Source: Craspedostauros australis (taxonomy: Eukaryota). From it: 38,373 nucleotides of DNA. The position numbers were made by a program, and so were the translations under genes. Numbering within the stretch: position 1 is the stretch's first letter; every line of letters starts with the position of its first letter. The notes under the pieces are model-generated. The model was not told where the DNA came from. It made no database searches and saw only the letters and a program-made list of their open reading frames with translations. The stretch spans positions 1-38,373 of the forward strand of contig JALAGF010004873.1 of assembly GCA_030167865.1 (NCBI GenBank), read 5' to 3'. Shown here piece by piece: positions 30,994-38,373 of the stretch.

Positions 30994-32055
30994 CTAGAAG
31001 ATGTATGGATTGTCGCTTCCCTTTGGCGCTTCCTTGCTGAGGAGCGTGAGGCGTTCGATCAATTTCTCATCAAGTCTGCGAAAACAAGCCCACTGCAGCG
31101 GCGTGCGACCATCGTTGTCCTGCACATGGAACTTGATGTCGGAGCTGTCGATGTACTTGTTGTTGTCCCGGAAGTCCAGCAGGAAGTTCGCCACATCCTC
31201 ATGGGAGTTCTTGCAGGCGTAATGGAGTGTGGTCCTTCCATAATCCTCGATGGCGTCGATGCTGACCATGTCTTTGCCGAACTCAAGGAGCAGCTCCAGC
31301 ATCCGCTTGTGGCCTTCCTCGCAGGCGTAATGGAGGGGGGTGCACTTGCGGCTGTCCTTGACGTTGATGTCGATGTCAACATCATGCGTTCGGCTGAATT
31401 CAAGAAGGCGTTCCACCACATCCGTGTGGCCCTGCAAGCAAGCAATATGGAGTGCTGCGTAGCCGGAGGTATCTTGGATGACGAGATCGATGTCTTTGCC
31501 ACCGTAATCCAGCAGAGGCTCAACGATGCTGATGCCGCCTTGCTTGCATGCAATGTGGAGAGCCGTGTCGTTGCTAAAGTTGAGCGCGTTGATGTTGATC
31601 TTGGCACCCTCGTTGTTCTTGCAAAAGTGAAGGAGGCACTCCACCACATCTTTGCTTGCACGCATGCATGCAAAGTGGAGCGCGTTGTGCCGTTGCATGT
31701 CCTTGAGGTTGAGAACAGCGCTCATGTTGTCGCTGTTGTTCGCCTTGCAGAATTCGAGTACGCACTCCACCACACTCCTCACGCCAACGATGGCGGCGTT
31801 GTGAAGCGGAGTTTCGCCTCTCTCGTTCTTGCTGGTGAGCATGATGCTTGCCTTGTTGGTGGTCCGGCTGAAGTCAAGTAGGCGCTTTACCACCGCCTTG
31901 CTGCCAGACATGCAAGCAGCATGAAGGGGCGTAGCGCCTTCTGAGCATTTGGTTGTCAAGTCTGTCCCCTTCCCGTTCTTTAGCAAGGTTTTGACCTTGG
32001 AGACGTTGCCTGCCTTGCAAGCACGGTACAATGGCGTATCAGCGCTTGTGTTCAT
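30994..32055 (-). CDS. Ankyrin repeat protein (353 aa)
   Basis: About 9 repeats of the G.T(P/A)LH.AC..G...VV..LL consensus. Confidence 0.92.
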   Translation of the reverse strand: MNTSADTPLYRACKAGNVSKVKTLLKNGKGTDLTTKCSEGATPLHAACMSGSKAVVKRLLDFSRTTNKASIMLTSKNERGETPLHNAAIVGVRSVVECVLEFCKANNSDNMSAVLNLKDMQRHNALHFACMRASKDVVECLLHFCKNNEGAKININALNFSNDTALHIACKQGGISIVEPLLDYGGKDIDLVIQDTSGYAALHIACLQGHTDVVERLLEFSRTHDVDIDINVKDSRKCTPLHYACEEGHKRMLELLLEFGKDMVSIDAIEDYGRTTLHYACKNSHEDVANFLLDFRDNNKYIDSSDIKFHVQDNDGRTPLQWACFRRLDEKLIERLTLLSKEAPKGSDNPYIF

Positions 32056-33230
32056 GTTGGTAAGTCCTGTCGATGAAAAGGACGATGCGGATGTTTATGA
32101 AATGAAGGATGTGGAAAGACCACTGCTGATACAAGGATCCTGCCGTCTGCGACGAGTAGCAACGGTCGAATGGAGATGAAGGAATTGTCAGAGAATGCGT
32201 TCGTGATAATTGATGGTATGTCACCGTGCGATGAAACAAGCGCGAGCCAAACAAAGAGAGAGAGAGAGTGTGTGTGTGTCTGCGTGTGAGCGTCCGATTC
32301 CATTCCCAATCATTCATCCATGCATCCGCTCGGCTGCCCAGCTGTTCAGCACCGACCAAGGCAAGGGCAGAAGCGAATTCCAAACACAACAACATACTGC
32401 TCCTCCTCCTCCTCGTGGTGCAGCGACACAGCGCTTGACGTTCCAATGACATGACACTCGCGCAACGGTACGTACTCTCGTTCTTGCGTTGGTCTGCGAA
32501 GAATGGAAGGTTGTTGTGGGTATTGGCACTGGGATGGAGAACGATGATGCGCCTTGCTTTGTGATTCCGTCGGTTGTGTGAGGACTTTGGTACTGTGTTG
32601 AGATGTGTTGAGCGTTGATGTTGTGTTTGTTCGAAGTCTCGTTGATGTTCTTGGCTTGCCTCATTTGCGTGCGTTTTTTGTGGACGAAGGTATTCGGCGA
32701 GCGACCACGTTGGCTTTGGGATGTTTGACTCAGACGGAAAATGTGCGTGTCAATGCAATCTTTGCGATTGGGTGAATGAAACGTGTCTCTCTCGTGACCC
32801 AGCCTCTTCATGAATTGGCGCGACCAAATCGCCACGATGGTGGTCTGGTTCTCAAACCGAGAGCGTCGAAGACACATGGCGAACAACACCAAGAAAAACA
32901 CGAAGATGTTCATTCCTCCCATGACAGAACGTCCGCGCCTCTATCTGCACTGTCAAGCACTCGTCGCCATCGGCTTGGCACAACACGCCCATCAGGCCCA
33001 ACCTCCCTGTTGTATCACAGTGATTTCATCCTCGCACAGCGCTGTGCGAGCACAGTCGACCGCTACAGGCTTCAAGAATCCCTCAATGGGCACAGACTAG
33101 AGCAGGGTACTCTGCTCTCATCTGCATCCACATCACTCGCACACATCAACAACGTCTCTCCCTCCCTCCCTTCTTTCGCACATTCAAGCATTCAAGAATC
33201 GTAGTCTGCAGCTCTCCACGCTCGACAATC

Positions 33231-35492
33231 ATGGATTCGATTGAATCAGACGAAACAATCATGGATTCAATTGAATCAGATGAAATGGGCGACATCAATG
33301 AACTGACTTGGTACGGAGTAACGCCGCTAATAGAAGAATGTACGCGCGGCAACTTCAGCGAGGCCAAGGACCTGATCGAGTCAAGCCACGTTCCTGTCGA
33401 AGCCAACACCAGAGACGACCAGGGCAACACGGCATTCCTCTATGTTTGCGCCCATGGGAGCCTCGAGTTCGTGAAGTACATGATGGAATCGCCCGACCTT
33501 GACGTGGACATTCACATGACAGGTGTGCACGAAAGAACGGCGCTGCACTTCGCCTGCATCAGCGAGTCTGCTGAAAATGCAAAGTATCTACTCACATTGG
33601 AAGGGTTCGAGGCCTATCAGTTCAAAAAGGACAAAAAAGGCAACATACCTATCCACTCCGGGTGCCAATACGGGCGCAGCATTGCTCCGATGGAATACTT
33701 GATCCAAGCAGATGAGACCAATACTCTTTGCAACATCCGCGACAAACAACGTTTCACCGTTCTTCATCTGGCATGTCAGGATAAGGAGAGATTCGACTTC
33801 GCGGAGTGCTTGGTCCGATTAAGCGAAACCAGCGGAATGAAGATGAACATGAAGGATCGCAGAGGCCACACACCGCTCCACAATGCATGTGAACATGGAT
33901 TGTTGCGGACAGTGAAATGCCTCATGACCAACAACGAGTCTAATTCCCGTCCCACAATCGATCCCAACATCCAAGACAACAAAGGGAGGACACCGTTTCA
34001 TCTTGCTTGGAGCAATAAGCACACAGATGTGATGGATTTCTTGCTTCACACTAAGCACGTCGGCATGTATCTGGACGTTGCTGATCGGAACGGTGACACG
34101 GCACTTCACTTGCTCTTCCGTTCGTACAAGAATGGATCCATTCATCTGATCAATAGCTGGATGGCAATAGCGGGATTCCATGAAGCACTCCGCATGCAGA
34201 ACAACAAGGGGAGAACGCCGTTCCACTATGCATGCGAACATGGCTGGTTGTGCGCGGTGACATGCCTCATGACCAACGACGAATCCAACTCCCGTCCCTC
34301 AATCGATCCCAACATCCAAGACCACGAAGGCAAAACGCTATTTCATCTTGCTTGGAGCAATAAGCACGCAGATGTGATGGATTTCTTACTTCACACTGAG
34401 CACGTGGGCATGCATCTGGACGTTGCCGATCAGAACGGTGACACAGCACTTCACTTGCTCTTCCGCTGGTGCAAGGGCGAACCCATTCATCTGATCAAGG
34501 GCTGGATGGCAATACCGGGGTTCCATGATGCACTCCGCATTCAAAACAGTGATGGGGATACACCATTTCATCTCGCCTGCAGGCTTCAAAACATTCTCCT
34601 GGTGGACTTCCTGATCGAGTCGGACGAAGTGAATGTTGACGCTCGCACGACAAATGGAAAGGGCGATACGCCATTCCACATCGCGTTCGGTGCAGAGGAC
34701 GACACGATGCTTCAATACCTCCTCCGCAAACATGGAACCGAGGTGGATAAGAATGCGAAGAACAACGACGGCAACACGGTGCTACACATCGCAGCTGCCA
34801 ACTACGTGTCTTCTGCAAATAATTTTTGGGAGAGGTTGACACGAGACCACCTCGACGCCAGGATCCAGAACAATGAAGGCGACACGGTGTTCCACCTCGC
34901 CATGAAAACGAGTCAAGAACGCATGGTCCGAACGATGCTTACCTCCAATAATGTCACGCTGGATGTCACAATCACAAACAACAATGGTGATACGGCGCTT
35001 CATCTTGGGTGCACGGGGAAGCACGCCGATGCCGTGATGCCATTTCTTGAGCTTCATCCAAAAATGACCGCCCAGAACAACGATGGCAACACGCCACTCC
35101 ATTTGGCGTATCAAAATGAGCGCTCGGAAATCCTCATGCATTTGCTTCGGGACCACATGGACTATCTGGACCATCGCATCCGAAACAAGGACGGAAACAC
35201 CCCAGCGCACCTGGCCAACAAGGATCGCGTGATCCCATTTTTACAACCCGCTGCGAATATCCAGAACAACGATGGCGACACTGCGCTTCACCACGCAGCC
35301 AGCAACGGTTTCATCAAGATAGCAAAGTCATTGATTCGAACAGAAGGAGCGGATGTGACAATAAAGAACGGCAAAGGAAAAACAGCAATAACCCTTGCGA
35401 GGCGGAAGGCAAAAACGATATTGCCCTTGGCGAAGAGGCAGAAGGTGAAGGATACGGTCGCTTTGCTGCGGAGAGCATGTCCGAAGAAGTGA
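33231..35492 (+). CDS. Ankyrin repeat protein (753 aa)
   Basis: About 18 repeats of N..G.T(P/A)(L/F)H.A, with a basic C-terminus. Confidence 0.92.
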   Translation: MDSIESDETIMDSIESDEMGDINELTWYGVTPLIEECTRGNFSEAKDLIESSHVPVEANTRDDQGNTAFLYVCAHGSLEFVKYMMESPDLDVDIHMTGVHERTALHFACISESAENAKYLLTLEGFEAYQFKKDKKGNIPIHSGCQYGRSIAPMEYLIQADETNTLCNIRDKQRFTVLHLACQDKERFDFAECLVRLSETSGMKMNMKDRRGHTPLHNACEHGLLRTVKCLMTNNESNSRPTIDPNIQDNKGRTPFHLAWSNKHTDVMDFLLHTKHVGMYLDVADRNGDTALHLLFRSYKNGSIHLINSWMAIAGFHEALRMQNNKGRTPFHYACEHGWLCAVTCLMTNDESNSRPSIDPNIQDHEGKTLFHLAWSNKHADVMDFLLHTEHVGMHLDVADQNGDTALHLLFRWCKGEPIHLIKGWMAIPGFHDALRIQNSDGDTPFHLACRLQNILLVDFLIESDEVNVDARTTNGKGDTPFHIAFGAEDDTMLQYLLRKHGTEVDKNAKNNDGNTVLHIAAANYVSSANNFWERLTRDHLDARIQNNEGDTVFHLAMKTSQERMVRTMLTSNNVTLDVTITNNNGDTALHLGCTGKHADAVMPFLELHPKMTAQNNDGNTPLHLAYQNERSEILMHLLRDHMDYLDHRIRNKDGNTPAHLANKDRVIPFLQPAANIQNNDGDTALHHAASNGFIKIAKSLIRTEGADVTIKNGKGKTAITLARRKAKTILPLAKRQKVKDTVALLRRACPKK
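33860..34545 (+). repeat. Internal tandem duplication with a 345-nt (115-aa) period
   Basis: TGCCTCATGACC occurs at 33918 and 34263, and GCACTCCGCAT at 34185 and 34530. Both offsets are 345 nt and nucleotide identity is high. Confidence 0.9.
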
Positions 35493-35627
35493 CTCAAACC
35501 GACTGGGGCAACAACATCAACTAATGCATGGCAACACAAGTCGAACCGCACTGGCGGCATGCCAGTCACTCAAGTCAGACAATAGTTTTTTTGTCTTACC
35601 TTGGCCATTTCACGCACAGCATAATCG

Positions 35628-36085
35628 TGTTGGAAATCCGGGGTTAGGTAGTAGATTAATCTGTTATCAATCTGTACCAATTTAGAACTGTGAGAACAAA
35701 CTCCTTGACTCTCCAATTCCAGTTCAGCAGCAAGTGTAATCTGTAGCAGTTCACCATGATCATGCACTTGTTCATGGTTGCTTTCATCTGCTTCATCAGC
35801 TTGCTCTCATGCTCTCTTCTGCAGGTTCATCATGCTTCATCGTGGTGGTTTGCATCTTCTACATTCGAGCAGCATCTCTCATAGACGCACAGGTACCTTC
35901 AGCATGGGTCTCAGTCTGATCGATCCCACTTGACCTTCGGTTCCTCAGTATTCCACCTGCGCCATCATCACATACTCACCGGTCATGTTCAATGCATATC
36001 GCGTCGTCATTCGTGCTCTTGAGCGGATAGGAGCATCGCCTCCGTTTCGCTTTCTCAGAGAAGCGATCCCTTGTCCGTCGATGCG
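35628..36085 (-). mobile_element. Possible LTR / transposon remnant
   Basis: The segment is bounded by TGTTGGAAAT (minus-strand end ...TTTCCAACA), is CpG-poor and noncoding, and runs into an assembly gap. No second LTR or PBS is visible. Confidence 0.3.
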
Positions 36086-36121
36086 NNNNNNNNNNNNNNN
36101 NNNNNNNNNNNNNNNNNNNNN
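36086..36121. other. Assembly gap (N run)
   Basis: A run of N characters; there is also an NN at 1654-1655. Confidence 0.99.
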
Positions 36122-37146
36122 ATAGTCTTGGCTCATGTGCGATTACATCCCTAGAGGTCGATCCATAGGTTCGCCCTCATTACAGCGGTGGTACATGGAT
36201 AGGTTCCATGGTGGGACATGACTGATGTTGATGTCATTCATGAACAGAGGGTTGATGGGGGACAGGCTGCAAGGTGGTCCGAGTGTTACCAACAAAGTTG
36301 ACCTCGTCGAGTTGTGAAGATATTATTGGGAGGTGCGGCAATCATGGGTATCTTGGTAAAAGCGTACCCCCGATTCCTGACATAATCGACACGAGTAGAA
36401 TGCGTATCATTGCAACTATTCAGGCTCAACAGCCGATGGGCCTGTCATCTGACCCCTGCTGGTCTGTGACGGAGCCGCGGCATCGACATCATGCGAGTGC
36501 GCCTGCGTGAAATACGGAGGATGACGCAGGCTTTGCCTGCCCTGCCTTTGCGATTGAGAGTAGCATGGTCGAACGCAACGCAGTGTGGAGGCTTGTCCAT
36601 GCTTTCTTGCTTGTGAGGGAGGGAGGTGGTGGGGCTGTGGAATAGTGTGTGGTGCTCAATTTGGCAGTGATTGATGGCACTTCCATAGAGCAAGTAGCCT
36701 TCATGGGACCACCTTGGCACGATCGTTTGGATGCTGTGTAGGCATTCACCAAGAGGGATGGGCACATTCTGTGCGCAACGCGAGAGGACACACTCTTCAT
36801 GGACGATTGGCATCCAGGGAACGCCTCCGACGCTTCAACGCTTCAACGCGTGCATGTGTAGCATCTTGCTCTGGGGTATGTCGAGCAGCTGCGGTTGCTG
36901 AGGTTTCGCCGACGACGAACATATCCGGTACGTGTTGTAAAAGCGTGGTCCTCTCAAGTATTATGATGCAGGTTGCTTGTCACATCCTTCACTGTAGCCT
37001 GAATTGAAGTCCTGGTCCGAGCCATGTGAACGAGCTACAAGCAATATTTCATTACGCAAGCCCAGCCCCTTGAACAACTCAAGGACATAGTACAGGAATC
37101 ATGGCATGGTACGCATGTTCGAGGACTGCATGCAGGATAGTGTTTC

Positions 37147-38373
37147 TAATAATAATAATAACTCAGCGATTACGTTACGTGCCTCCGGGGCTTTATCCTC
37201 GTCTAGCCGGGCCCCGCCAGGACCCGGTGTCGAGCGAGCTGTCGAAAACGCGGTCAAGGATTGGCGAGCCACCTGGCCATCAGCGAACGCTCCTGTTGCA
37301 TGGATTGTTTACGCTGTCTGGCTCGAGCGTCCCGTCGCACCTGTTGCGCCCGTTCGATCCATTGTTGAACTTGATATTGGTTGCCAGTCTCGACCACCCC
37401 GCCTTGGTTGAGGACCTGCGCTTCGCACAGGGTAAGGCCGGGGGGATGAAAGGAGCGAAGACGTCTCGCGTAGTCACGAGCGCGTGCTGCCGCCGAGCCT
37501 GGCTCTTCGTGGACTTTGTTGTTCCTAGCGATCCATACGGACCACGGAATCTTCCAAATCCGGCGTATCACATCGGCCGCCCAGGCCTCCGCCGTCCGGT
37601 GCTTGGATTCGTTGTTGACCATCCACGCCTGTTGCTGTTGGCGCCAATCCACATGCAGAAAACCTTGAAGGAGCGGAAACCACCCCAATTGCCTCTGCGG
37701 GCCTTGCGGCCGGACCTTGCGGCCGGACCTTGCGGCGCCACCGTCGCATGCCACTACGCATACCCCCAACCACTACGGGATTTGTGCCTACCACTGACAT
37801 GTAATCCAGTAATTCCTCCACCGCCTCCTCCCATGCCTCCTCATGCCCACCACAGGTGAGGAGATGCTCCACCGTTTCTTCCTGGCGACAGCTGGGGCAA
37901 GTTGAGTGCTCCTGCTGCCCCACTTGTTGCATTTTGCGGCCCACCGCCATGAACCCTGTAGAGAGCTTCGAGACAAATCGGACGCTGTCGCGTGCCGCCC
38001 TCGATGTGCGGGCCCTGGAATACGACTGCCAATCAACCGCGGCGTACTCGTCAACGCTCCAGCCATGTTTATTGCGCCAGTATTCGGAGATGTCCTCCTT
38101 CTGCACCACTGCCTCCATGGCCTCGGAGTCGATGTGGGAGTAGGGGGCCCCCAACCAGCCAATCCTCCAGACAGGGGCTGACATAACCCACTTGTCGATG
38201 ATCGGCTGAGAAGACACCGCCTCCCAGTGACGCTTGGCCTCACTATCCGCGCGGATGTTGAGCCGGGCCCAGATGTCCAGAGACGACAATGGGCCGTCCT
38301 GGTGGCCTTTAACCCATCTCCACTGAAGAGAACACTGAAGCAGAGACTTGACGTGCTCGATTTCCGACAGGAT
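37147..38373 (-). mobile_element. Non-LTR retrotransposon (LINE, RNase H-containing, Ambal-like): ORF2 C-terminus, frameshifted and cut by the window edge
   Basis: RNase H tail QWRWVKGHQD...LNIRADSEAK, zinc finger CPSCRQEETVEHLLTC, then QLGWFPLLQGFLHVDW and IWKIPWSVWIARN in a second frame, with a stop at 37254. A (TAT)n tract at 37147-37161 may be the tail. Confidence 0.85.

Noticed and set aside
1-38373. CRISPR array, operons or prokaryotic defence systems
   Set aside because: The gene structure is eukaryotic, with no regularly spaced repeats or cas-like ORFs.

Overview
Eukaryotic nuclear DNA, most likely from a diatom or related stramenopile. This is an inference from GT-AG introns, a bipartite plastid-targeting peptide and an RNase H-bearing LINE. 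The gene-dense core (about 2.4-35.5 kb) holds 11 protein genes: an Hpc2/ubinuclein-domain protein (1 intron), a TMEM144-like transporter, an extended mS23-like mitoribosomal protein (1 intron), a 1884-aa coiled-coil protein, a plastid-targeted DUF1275 protein, a type II membrane glycosyltransferase-like protein, a Tmm-like flavin monooxygenase (1 intron), a SAM methyltransferase with CCCH/CCHC fingers, a GILT thiol reductase and two divergent ankyrin proteins. It also holds tRNA-Val(TAC). Both ends of the window look transposon-derived, and the right end contains a frameshifted LINE 3' end. The main unexplained signals are two ORF-free intergenic loci that fold into long imperfect hairpins resembling small-RNA precursors (23107-23269 and 17645-17823), and a ~1 kb AUG-free stretch upstream of the coiled-coil gene. 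All alignments and counts were done by eye, and no databases were searched.
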